64,000 bases of DNA. It comes from Eledone cirrhosa. Lineage: Eukaryota. How positions within the stretch are numbered: position 1 is the first letter of the stretch; each line of letters starts with the position of its first letter. Shown one piece after another: positions 51,727-64,000 of this stretch. The position numbers and the translations under genes were made by a program. Where the stretch lies: the NCBI GenBank assembly GCA_964016885.1, contig OZ024746.1:93868001-93932000 (forward strand), written 5' to 3'. The notes under the pieces are model-generated. The model was not told where the DNA came from, searched no databases, and saw only the letters and a program-made list of their open reading frames with translations.

Positions 51727-53429
51727 GTACTCAATATTGCTTTCTTTATGCACATATTCATATATTTTCACACTAGTTGATGAATTTTATATTTCAGTCC
51801 CCTGATTTTGCTGTCTGTTCTCTTACCTACACACTAACTCCCTCTCCTGTCCAATCCTTCCTTTCCAGGAAATCAATTTTCTTGTGTTTTTTTTTTTGCC
51901 ACTGCAGATATCAACTCATGTTTGATGTTCATTTCAAACATAATGTGAACATTCATTAAACCTTATATAAACTACAGTCAAATTTCATTAGTCGATCTTT
52001 TAGAGGGTCAACAATCCCAGAAATTATGTCTGTTGTAAAAAAATTTATGAGTATTCCTATAACTTTACTCTTCTTCTGATCCCTAAGTTGAATTCAGAAA
52101 TGCTGGAAAGAACTGAATTATACAATTTCAGGTTTTTCTTCCTGGTTGTTGTTAAATCTCAAGTGAATTAAGCTTATGATTAAAGATGTTCCAGTAAATT
52201 ATCTCATTCTTTTTCATTTTCCCCCTAAAAGATGTTAGGGTGTAATTTGGTTGCTATTTCTAACATGTGCAAAAGTTTCTTTCGTCTAAAGTAGCTGCTC
52301 CTAGTGTCTAGGCATACATGGACTAACACAAGTTTTAAATATTTTATTGAAGCCAATCATTTTTTACACATCAGTTCATTTAATCTTCTTTCTATTAATT
52401 TGAGAAAATATACACCACCACAGCTCATTGATAACCTAACACATTCAGTTCTTATACACTCTCTCATACAAACTTTATTATAGAAAGTATGGACAATATT
52501 TCTCTAGTGTCTAACATGATTTTACAATAAGTATGAAGAAGAAAGGAAGAGAAAAATGCAATCATAAATATTTCAATGAGTTTATTAAGCAAGCTAAGAA
52601 CTACATGTTTGAGATTAACAATTTTGATTACAATATTTAACTGTTTTAATCAGTAAGCATTTGAAATGCTTAGCCGCTTGCCAGATCTAATTGTTCACAG
52701 ACCGGTGGTCTATTTTAGCTATGACTAGAACTGTTAATATGTCCTTGCTTTATTTCAAATGGTAAGTTATATAAGGTTGTCATTTTCTTGAGGTTTTCTG
52801 ATTTTTGTCTTTTAGTTTTATTCTCTAAGATGATGAAGGCGGGGAAGCTTGTTTTGTTTATAAGGAGTGAGGCAACATGTGAAACCTTTGGTGAAATCTT
52901 TCTGATAGAAGTTTAGATTAATGTTCTGAAGTTAAAATAAGAAGAGATTAATTATAATATATGAATGGATAAAGGGTTTCTACATATGGTGTATAGCATG
53001 CAAGGTGGGTGTACTTGGGTAGATTGGATTAGATGGTTATGAAAAGGAGCAGAACTCCCATACTGGAGAACGAAAATAATGAGCAGCAGAAAATGTGAAT
53101 CACTGGTTGGTGTATGTAGCATGTTGATTATGAGTGCTGTTTATTTTCCTACTGGTTGACCTTGTTTTGGATTCAGTGAAGGATGTTAGTGTAGAAGCGA
53201 TACTATTTCAGTATAGGAATCTCATTTCAATCTTTAATAGTTTGATTAACGAAAAAGCTAGTTAAATTAAAATATCATTTACTTACATTCTATACGTTTG
53301 AATCACTCTTTCGATGGTTAACGTTTGTCTTTCATCACTTATGGAGTCTATATAAGCTTTCGATAGTTTCTGGATACTGTCACATGTCTAGACCATTGTT
53401 GACTTCCAGCAACAAGTCGGAGTACGTCC

Positions 53430-53970
53430 AGGAAATACCGAATGACACTACGAAAGACTAGACCCACAGTCTCTGGGGGCTAGTTCTTCACTTTGTCTTT
53501 ATATATGTTATATGTTCCAGTAATGAAAGATGCTCCTAGGATTCACCGAAAGTGGGAGAGAATGATGACTCTATTGGTACCAACATTAAGGATTACGATC
53601 AGGAATCTATAGCGCGTGTCTGTGAAAAATATTTTCTAGGGTACTCGGCATGAAGATTCACAGTGCGAAAAAAGGCTGCATGAGGAATTTGTTGAATGAG
53701 CAGCAGTGTAGTTAGTATAAGACGTCGGAAAACCAAGACAAGGAGTCAAACTACAGTACCAAGGAGATCCACGTTCTTGATTCACACCATGAATTTGTAC
53801 AAGCTCTTGATACCAGGCACTACAAGCTTAACCTATAGGGAAGAACACTTTGGAACATAAGCCACTTTTGGCGACATTGTTTATACAATATGCAGGGATG
53901 CCTATGGAATAAGACAGTGAATACACTTTCTAAAATTAAGAGGTCAGCGAGAAAAGGATAACACCCGGGA
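53430..53970 (+). pseudogene. Decayed N-terminal fragment of a HERO/NeSL-like (RLE-type) non-LTR retrotransposon
   Basis: VCEK..(fs)..GMKIHSAKKGC zinc-finger-like motif, then ENQDKESNYSTKEIH and GDIVYTICRDAYG, resembling the recalled HERO ORF N-terminus (C.CGK.C...RGLKIH..K..C; NHS..I; IIY....ERFG). Confidence 0.5.
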
Positions 53971-55689
53971 CCTAAATAAACAGATGGGATTTTGAACGTA
54001 CTCTAAGGGAAGTAACTCCATTGAGTCATGGTGATGGTGATGACGCTTGTCGTTTCACTCCGACTACCATGAATACCGACGTTATTTTTTTAGCACAACC
54101 CAGAGAAAGCGTTGAAATGTAAATTTGAAAGAAAGAGGAAAGAACAGGACTCCAATACGGTTTAAGAAGTCTCCGATATCCAAGTGGTTAAAAGGTGTCA
54201 GCCGAATGGCACCAAGAGTCATGATTTGGATGCGGTCTTGCTCCCTTAGAGTCTAAAATGTTAATGACCGAAACACTTGCGTGAGGTCACCTTTGCCTCT
54301 CATCCATTCGAGGTTGATGAAAAAAAGTACCTGCCCTTAACTTCTTAGACTCTGGGGCACATCCAAATCATAATTCCTGGGTGACCCTCTGCTGACATTT
54401 AACCATTCGCAAATCGGGGGCTTGCTGTGTATTTAAACCGTATGGAGATAGTGACAAGATCTTAGCTGGAACTACTTTCCGTTGCCTCTGCTTTCAAACG
54501 TATTGTACAGCAAAAAAAAAAAAAAAAGAAGAAAAATAGCTTATTAAAGCAAATCAACTTTCACTGATTCACTCACACAGACCAACAGCCCCCTACAATG
54601 TAACAGGATACTTTTCATTTTATTTCCTTTCAAAACAACAGGGCGTTGAAGTAAATACGCTAAATCGATGTTTTATGGCGATTTAAAAAAAAAAATGTCT
54701 GAAAAACATTTTTTTAAAATATGGAAATCGAAGTTAACACATTATCTATACTTTTTACATACTGAACCCGACTTTTGAAGCCTCAGCCAGTCAATTTCTT
54801 TTTATCGTGAAGAAAGGGAGGGTGTTTGTTTAGTCCCTGATTAGCCTTGATTCTAGCAGGTCTATGATCGGAGATGCTCCAAACGTGTGTGTGTATGCGT
54901 GTCATGTTGCAGAGATGGGAGTCAGTGCTTCTTTAACCGAACTCAGTAAACTGCTGAAATACCGTGATATAAACGATAAATTACATTTTTAAACCTGTGA
55001 CATTCGAGCTGTTCGTAGGGAACGTGACCTCTGACAACGAAGTTATTATCAAGGTTGGCGACTCACCTTAGTGAAGTATCAGGTGATGGTTCTGATGATG
55101 TTTGGGAAGGCTGGTCCTTTGAATCACAGGTACAGGTCATTTTTGCCAACCGCGTGTACTGGGGCAACGTTTTGCTGAAGGACACAACGCCAGAATGGAA
55201 CTCACGACTTCACAACCGTGAGTCGAACAGCTTAATCAGTATTTCGTTATTCATTAAATATATTCTATTTGTTCGGGTCAGTGGCAGTACTGGGTCTACA
55301 GACATCATCTAATGTCTTTTATTTAAGATGGTAGGATGTGCTTTGAGGTAGATTTTACTATTTCTAGCATCGGTTAACCTAATTTTATTTTTAATAGATC
55401 GATCATCTTAGCTGAAGCTTTCTCAATTGGCTCTTATTTTGGGATTATTTTTGTCATGTCACACATAATGTGACAATCAGGACAAATAACATTTGAAATT
55501 TTCACTTTCATTGTTCAAGCCGACATGGCAACAATAGTTTTAACTGCAGGTATTGAAAATTGTCGATTACCGAGACTGAATAATTTACATGAAAGCCATA
55601 TTTTTTCCATATAACTGAACACGTATTACTGAAATAACATCTTTCTCTCTCCTTTCGATATTTCTCCTTCCTATCTTCGTTTCTCTCTC

Positions 55690-56100
55690 TCGTCTCTCTC
55701 TTCAGTTCTCTGTCCCTCTCTCTCTTCAGTTCTCTGTCCCTCTCTCCCCTCTGTTTCTTCTCTTTTCCTTTCTATCTCTCTCTCTCCCCTCTGTTTCTTC
55801 TCTTTTCCTTTCTATCTCTCTCTCTCCCCTCTGTTTCTTCTCTTTTCCTTTCTATCTCTCTCTCTCCCCTCTGTTTCTTCTCTTTTCCTTTCTATCTCTC
55901 TCCCCTCTGTTTCTTCTCTTTTCCTTTCTATCTCTCTCCCCTCTGTTTCTTCTCTTTTCCTTTCTATCTCTCTCCCCTCTGTTTCTTCTCTTTTCCTTTC
56001 TATCTCTCTCCCCTCTGTTTCTTCTCTTTTCCTTTCTATCTCTCTCCCCTCTGTTTCTTCTCTTTTCCTTTCTATCTCTCTCTCTCTCTCCCCCCTTCTC
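55690..56100. repeat. Polypyrimidine minisatellite (CT)n-CCCCTCTGTTTCTTCTCTTTTCCTTTCTAT, ~9 copies of 35-39 bp
   Basis: Directly visible. Confidence 0.95.
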
Positions 56101-59100
56101 TGTTTAATGATAACGATTTAATCTGAAAATTATAGATTAGATTGTCCAGTGGTCGGAGTATACTTGTTTATTGACAGTTTTTCTTTTTAATATTTAATTA
56201 CGTTTCTGCTGTTAAAATATAAGATAACCGATATTGGAGTACATTTTCATGTAAAACGTAAGGTCACCTAATATCATATATCTAGAATAAAACATTTAAA
56301 GCTTCTAGTACTCAAGACTTTGGGGTCTTTAAGTTCATTTTAGCAGTTACATTGGTAAATTTTCTGTAAGGCCTTCTTTTCATTGGGCAAAAATCGAAAG
56401 ACACTGCATGAATGAGGTGTCAACCATCTGAACCATCCAATAAAAGCAGGAATATTACAATACATTTCTCAACTACTGCACCATGTTTTTTTTTTTTTTT
56501 TCCTAAGTCAGTCCAGTTTGATCAAAAATATTTCAGCAATGCGTATTGCGTATTTAAAATGGTAATTGTTTGAAGGAGATTTGGCTGCTATTTCTAGCAA
56601 GTTAGGTCTCCCTATACAGACTCCTCCTTGGCTCTTCTCAAAAGTTGCTACGGGCAGAATTCATTTATAACCTATCATTGATACCTAGGTGTATGTAGTT
56701 CATAGGCTGTTTCTGGTTTTATTATACAAATTCATGGATTGGCAGTATCTGTAGTGTCGGACAATATGCTTTGCGGTAGATAGTTATGGCCCTTTACGTT
56801 ATCAGTTAAAATCCTGCCGAGGTTAGCTTTACCTTTTATCCTTACGGGGTCCATGAAAAAAATAACTAATAACGAACTGGGGTCGATTTAATCGACTTTC
56901 CCCTCCCCCGAAATTGTTTGTCTTGGGCCTAAATCAGAAACCATTATACAAATTTATGTTCTTAAAGTTCATATTCAGAACTAAAACATTCAATCGTGAT
57001 TACGTTTCAAATAACTACTTAATGGAAAAAGTTGATAATTTTACTTAAAGCTTTCCAAATACTTTTTTCTGAAATCAACTGAAACAGAAACAGAAGCAGT
57101 CATCACGAAAATGTTTTAAACAGTTCAAAACTTGAAATTTTAAGACGATGAGATACCCACTAAAATCATGAATATTTTTAACCAGGTGCTTTTTTTTTTT
57201 TTGCAATTCTCCGCCCTCTCCCCCCATGTAATGTAAAAATCTAGCGTTATCTTTCTAATGGTCTGGTGTAAATCATGCAACAGGAAATTAAGGAAATGGT
57301 TGAGTAAAGCTGCTAAATTTACTCTGTTAACAAATTTGCTCGTGACGAAATTATTTTTTATATATATAACGAAACCTGATGTTTTTTTTTTCTTTCTCTC
57401 TACTAAAAATTACTATACACGACGAACAACCATGCTTTCCCTCTTTACTCTCCACTCTTTCATTTCAAGACCTCTCTTTCTCTCTATCTATACCTTTTCC
57501 AGATATTTCTCTTTGCCATCCCCCGTCTCTCTCTCTTTGACTCTTTTCGCTCATTCGGGTTATTTTTCTTTGCCTCCTCCTCTCCTTTTTACTGTTTTAG
57601 GATATATATTTCTCGTACTACCCTCTGTCTTGCTCTCTTTACTCCTTCAGTATCTCTTTCCCCACCCTCTCACCGACGTTCTCTTCTCTCCCACAACACA
57701 CATAAGCATCATACCAGCTGTCAGATTCCTGTGCAATTTACATCTTATGTAATTGATTAAATGGTAAGCTGTCCTAATATCACGCTTCCCTGCTATTTTG
57801 GCACAACTAGTTGGAACTAATCAATCTCTCTCTATATATCCTGATTTCTAATTCACCGATACCTAAACTTCATAACGTTATATTTGCAGGGGATTCAAAG
57901 ACTTTTATCACGGATCAATGTCTAATTTTTAAAATTGGTCTTTCCAGCACTTTATATTTCCATATTTTTACAGCTTACGAGTTGTTTCTCACAAGTAAAA
58001 TATTCTATAAAGAAAATTTATTAAACGAACGGCATCTTGAGTATCGTTCAATTTGCCTGAATCACGCTCAATGTGATTTTAAAAATGGCTGTAGTGATTA
58101 ATGCAGTCCACAGATATGACTGATTATAATTTGGTGTGATGACAAATGGCCCAGGGTTAAACAACACGTGTTAAAATTCAGTCGGAAAAGTAAAGATAAA
58201 TTTCATTTATTTGTTTTTAGCTGTTATATATATAATTATTTTACCCTACACTTTTAGCTTTAAAATATTGAAAAGTTAATATAGTGTCGGTCCATAGGTA
58301 AAGTTTTGAAATTGTCCAATTTCTGTGCAAAACATTAAATTGTATTTGGCTTTAATACAGATGGATGGCATTGATAAAATAGGTTTGTTGGAGACATAAC
58401 ATTCCTCAAACATTTTGCTAAGACCAACTTTTATAGATGCAAGCATGATTGTATGGTTATCTTTGCAACCATGCAGTCCCCACTATCTGGCAGCATGGTC
58501 CAGTGTTTTATATTGAAGCCTCGGGTTGACCAAAAGCCATGAGAGTGGAATTTAGTTATTGGAAGCCCGTCTGGTGTATGTACCCGTTTTCGGTGAATGA
58601 ACCAATAAAACGGTGTTTTGACTGAATGTTCCTTGTGATATTTAGTCTGATCGAGTCGTAAAGGCAATAATTCCGTTAGAAAATGTAATAAACTATGCTA
58701 TTGTTCCCTAGTTTAAACACAGACTCTATTAATGAATCTCTGTGCTTAGGACGAAATGACGTTTTCTATTAATCCCTATTGCTGATTTTGGCAATATTGT
58801 TATTGGAGTCAGTTGGTAGCAAATATTAGTAATTTGTTGTCTGTGTATAAGTCGTCTGAATGAGATCAATGTCATACGTAATTGATTTTGAATATTAATC
58901 AATATAGAAACTGCTAAGAAATATTGATTCCTGACGAAAGCAATGTGCCAAGTTCTAATACTTTAGTATTTTGTGATATACATTTAACCCCCCCCCCCCA
59001 TAACTATAAAATAAAAGCTGACCCCGAATGTATTTGAAATCTGCACGTAACTAAATACCGGATTTCTTTCATCCTCTGTTCTAGCCATTTTGTCAATCTA

Positions 59101-60126
59101 ATACCATATTAACTAACAAAAGTTACAAATAATAATTTTCATATGGAAGTTAGTTGTCCTATATTCTGTTTTCTTCATAACATTTAATTAATGTTTCTAT
59201 GGAGACTAATAAGAATTAATTTCAACATAAAAGTAATTTGTTTTTACAAAGTTTGTCGTTCTCGGTATGTTAACATCTGTTCATCTGAGGACCCTAATTA
59301 ACACAAGTTTTCAGTCTTGATCGAACAGATTTATGGTCAAAGGTATTCCAGCTGTGACCATTCTAATTTTTTCTCAACACTTACTGTTATCTAGGACAGC
59401 ATTATCTAATGTGTCCTTCGAACTTTTCTTTAAGAGAGTAAATTGTGATTTGAGGAATATTTTTTCCATTTCTAATAGGTTGAGTAACTAAGAAAAGGTT
59501 TCCCACGTTGGCTCGTAACATAACTCTGTTGTGGGTGTGTGTGTGTGAGGTATAATATTTTAATAGGATTTCTGAGAGAACTCTTTAAAATATTTCATTT
59601 TATTTCCTGTACAACTTAATATCTATAAGCTTATAAAACATTAAAATTAGCTAAAGTATATATATATATATTTGTTTATTACTAACTGCATAATATATAC
59701 TATACATGAATTTACCCTAGCTTATTATACACACATAATATATACTATACATGAATTTACCCTAGCTTATTATACACACACAATATGGACTATTTTGGTG
59801 ACAAGAATTCAGTCGATGTATTCTAGAGTTAAATTAGTTTTATTGATGAGTGAATATAAACCTGTAAAGTAGGTTTCTTGCCTGATGCCCTGGTTTACAA
59901 TTTCTATGGTTATAATAAATGCCAGGTAAAGCACTTGGTGAGGAAGAGGGAATACAATATTTTAGTGAGGCCCCAAATCAGCCCCAAATCAGCTAAGAAT
60001 CCTGAGCAATCGTTTCTAAAACCCATTTTACAAAATAGACATTTTATTTCTCTCTCTTTATCTAACGGAAATATTTTTTGTGGACAGCCCGATAAACATG
60101 AGAGCATTATCATAAAAATAGCTTAA

Positions 60127-60347
60127 CCCTTTAGCATTTACATTATTCTATATTTACTATTGTATTTTCATGGTAAATACTTTATCTTACATAATTATCT
60201 CACATAATGTGGAATCTATGAGATTTTGATGTTATTTATTTCAAGAACAATATCTTAACATCAGTATAAGTGGCCAGTTACAGCCAGTTTGAACTGAAAG
60301 AGGTGAGAGAATTCTGGCTGGATATAGCTGGTTTAAATGCTAAAGGG
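60127..60347. mobile_element. Intact-ended TTAA piggyBac-type MITE (family A reference copy, 221 bp)
   Basis: Perfect 14-bp TIR CCCTTTAGCATTTA/TAAATGCTAAAGGG with TTAA at 60123-60126 and 60348-60351. Confidence 0.9.
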
Positions 60348-61129
60348 TTAAACGAGAATGTTTGAAAATAAAATAAAGCATGGAAAAGCAGACGTAAAAT
60401 GCTGATGATATATATGTATATATCTTTAGAAATGAATGTTTCTGCTATTCAAGTTTTCATAAAAATATACCATATCAATGAGATAAGTCTTAAGAGATTT
60501 TTAGTTTACATGCACTCTGTGGTGATAAATTAGTTAATTTAGTTCACATAACTCTGCATACAATTATACACAATTTATATTAAAATAAAAAAAAAGGGTG
60601 TGCGCCGGAGTTGCTCTCTAATAATTGTTGAGGCAAACCAACAGACTTGCTGTACTGCCGTAGTTGATAACAAGGTTATGATGTTGGAATATTCAAGCAG
60701 TTTTGCAGCCATTACTTGTCAGTGATGCAGCTTCCTCAAAATGTCTCAAATGCCACAGGATGAAAAGAAATGATCATTTCTTTAATCCTGCAATTTTAGG
60801 AATTCTATTTAGCTACTTATGCAGTGACCTTCACTTTTTGGTCCTTTCCACATCCAGGATGTGAGAAGGACCAAAAGTGTTGCTAACTGTGATGTCCCAA
60901 ATGAGACATCTATCTCTTAACCTGTGACAAAAGGTAAGATCATCTGGCCTCTTCACATCAACCCTCAAGAATCAATCTGGCTCCCAAATTGAAGGAATAT
61001 TGACTTTTGATAGAGTTCAACTGATAAATAGGTTTAGCCTCATATGATGAGCAAAGTGACCTGCATTCAGACAGCAGACCAACCCATGAAGATCCCTGGA
61101 GTGAATGAACCAGCCACAATGACATTTAA

Positions 61130-63880
61130 CCCTTTAGCATTTTAAACCGGCCGCATCTGGCCAGAATTCTCTCACCTCTTTCTGTTCAAACTGGCTGTAA
61201 CTGGCTGCTCATACTGATGTTAAGATATTGTTCTCCAAATGAATAATTTCAAAATGTGATAGATTTGATATTATGCGAAATAATTATCTGGGGTAAAGCC
61301 TTTACTGTGAAAATGCAATAGTAAATATAGAGTAATGTAAATGCTAAAGAGTTAAATGACATTAGCTTTAGCTCTCAGTTCAATGGAGATGCAGAACTCA
61401 TTCTGACTGAGCAGGCTACTGATGTTGACCACATTCAAAGCATCAACCGAATTCCCCCATTATTTTGTCGCTTGCGGAATGTAAGTAGCATCTTCAGTAT
61501 TGATCAAAGAGAGAGCTGAAAGTGTCTCTCAGACATAAACTCTTCCACATTCTCTGCTCCAATCTATCATTCTGTTTATCAAGAACTGACTAACTCAACT
61601 CCTTCCACTGTAAGAGGAAGAAACTAGTCTATATTGGAAAGATGATATACTAAATATGCTCAATTTGTTTATATTAGGAGTGTTCCAATCACTGAAATAA
61701 GCATTAAACATTTTTTAAATTAAAGAAATGATCTGTTATATCTTATATCTCTAGTGGTGCTGTAAGGTTTTGTGAAATGGAAGTTATATTTTATAAGTTC
61801 ACACTCCAATTTTTCTCATTGAATATTCTTCTAATTTGTACAAGAGACTATTTCATAATGACTCTACATGCTTGTTTTAAGTTGGTAGTCAGTAATCTGT
61901 CAACAAAGAAGCCATTGATGTGTTTGCTTGATTTGCACCCTACTATTTCTTCATCAAATCAGACCATACTATTTTAAAGGAATGTTTTTTGGGGCAATGT
62001 AGTCTTATTTTATTAAAAAGATGGGATGGTTACTTCTGAAAAGCCTTAAACCCTTTTGCATTTAAACCAGCCAGAATTCTCTCACCTCTTTCTGTTCAAA
62101 CCAGCTGTAACTGTCTGCTCATACTGATGTTAAAGTATTGTTCTCAAAATAAATAATATCAAAATCTCATAGATTCAGTATTATGTGAGATAATTATGTG
62201 AGATAAAGCCTTTACTGCAGATATACAATAGTATAAATATAGATTAATGTAAATGTTATGCGAGATAATTATGTGAATAAAGCCTTTAATCTATATTTAC
62301 TATTGTATATCTGCAGTAATGTAAATGTTATGTGAGATAAAGCCTTTACTGCAGATATACAATAGTAAATATAGATTAATGTAAATGTTATGTGAGATAA
62401 TTATGTGAATAAAGCCTTTACTGCAGAAATACAATAGTAAATATAGAGTAATGTAAATGGTAAAAGGGTTAAAGGAATGATATTTTAGGCAATGTAGTCT
62501 TATTTTATTAAAAAAATAGGATGGTTACTTCTGAAAAGCATTTAAACTGGCCATATCCAGCCAGAATTCTCTCACTTTTTTCTGTTTAAACTGGCTGTAA
62601 TCAGCCACTCATACTGACGTTAAGGTATTGTTCTCAAAATAAATAATATCAGTATCTCATAGATTTGATATTATGTGAGTTATATGAGATATTATGTAAG
62701 ATAATTTTGTGAGGCAAAGCCTTTACTGCGAAAATATAATAGTATATATAGAGTAATGTAAATGCTAAAGGGTTAATCTATTGGTTAATCTTGTGCTACA
62801 CAACCATTAGTAAACCGTGTTACAAGCCCATCCATTTTGTATGTTTCTGATCATAATATTTACTGATTTGATGCCTGTGTCCTTATATAGTAATTCTGCT
62901 TGAAACTCTTTGTATAAACTTCAACTCTCCGGAATTGTCTCCTGGCTTAAACTGTTTGATCTTAGGTAGCTATTATTGAATAAACCTATAATCAAAGGCA
63001 TTCCAATTTGCTACCATCTTTTTTTTTTCTTTGGCACAGTCTATATAGGACTACATTAGCCAATGTGCACTTTTTAAAAGGCTATATTATGAAGAAGAGT
63101 TGCCTGCTGTATCTAGTCTGTGCTTTCTCCACCAGAATTAACGTCTAGAAACGTGAACATAAGCTGTATTGACCTGCACAGTTCAGGAGGACCACGTCTT
63201 TTGTGTGTATATGGTAATTGACTTGTTTGTACTCTTGATAACATTAGTTGTAGCTCATGAGTATTTTATATTCAACAAAATTGAACATTTTTCAGGATTC
63301 TTTTAATTGGTGTGTGTTGCAACTACTTCATATGGAAGCCTGTGTGGTGGTTTGATCTGTTAGAAATAACAACTAAATTTCCCTCGTAACCACTTTTATT
63401 TTAAAATGAAAACTCATTGGATCAGGTGGCTCAGAATATAGCATGGGAAAAAAGACTCGATAATTATAGCTGGAATACCTTTGACCATAAGTCTGTTTGA
63501 TTAAGGCTTGGTTAAGGCTAAACAATTATTGTGCATTATTTTATCTAGAGCTGTGCACCATATGTAATGTTTCTCCCAAATTCCTCAAAACTCTTAGTTT
63601 TGGTTTCATGAAAAACAAACCTCTTGAATGGGAACACCAGTCTATTGCAAGTGATGATACTAGATGATTTGATATTAAAACATTTAAACTGACCATACCC
63701 AGCCAGAATTCTCTCACCTCTTTCTATTCAAACCAGCTCCTTATACTTATATTATGGTATTGTTCTGAAAATAAATATCAAAATCTCGCTGATTCTATAT
63801 TGAGTGAGATAATTATCTGAGATAAAGTGTTTACCATGAAAATACAATAGTAGATATAGAGTAATGTAAATGTTAAAGGG
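61130..63880. mobile_element. Cluster of four more family-A MITEs (61130-61351, 62051-62468, ~62540-62772, ~63680-63880), opposite orientation to the 60127 copy
   Basis: Shared body CCAGAATTCTCTCACCTCTTTCTGTTCAAAC...GAGTAATGTAAATG.TAAAGGG|TTAA. Confidence 0.85.
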
Positions 63881-64000
63881 TTAAAGTATGTTACAAAACC
63901 AGAGAATTGAAAAAGAGGCAGACAAATTGCTATATTTATTAAAATTGTTTTTTTTATAATCATAGTCTTATTTTATATAACTTTATTTTGTCATCTTCCC

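Noticed and set aside
63296-63390. Candidate terminal Delta exon after ttttcag
   Set aside because: The translation has no Delta-like features and runs into a dispersed repeat.

Overview
AT-rich, microsatellite- and SINE-laden eukaryotic DNA. The repeat families and gene style suggest an octopod cephalopod (inference). One protein-coding gene is present on the + strand: a Delta-type Notch ligand, assembled by hand from nine coding exons (5563-51722/51726) with consistent GT-AG sites and phases. It encodes a signal peptide, MNNL/C2, DSL, 9 EGF repeats, a TM helix and an intracellular tail with a Neuralized-type NEQN motif, and is about 707 aa if it ends at the first stop. The true C-terminus is unresolved. 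The introns (one is 30.7 kb) and flanks hold RTE-clade LINE remnants, one with a PHD finger inserted inside its reverse transcriptase. They also hold tRNA-derived SINEs, TTAA/piggyBac-type MITEs, hAT/mariner MITEs, fossil Chapaev3-, HERO- and Helitron-like pieces, several inverted repeats, and a ~4-kb 60-bp satellite whose variation is nearly confined to one dinucleotide. I see no CRISPR, rRNA or intact tRNA, and no convincing evidence of a wholly new multi-gene system. All calls are by eye, without database searches.
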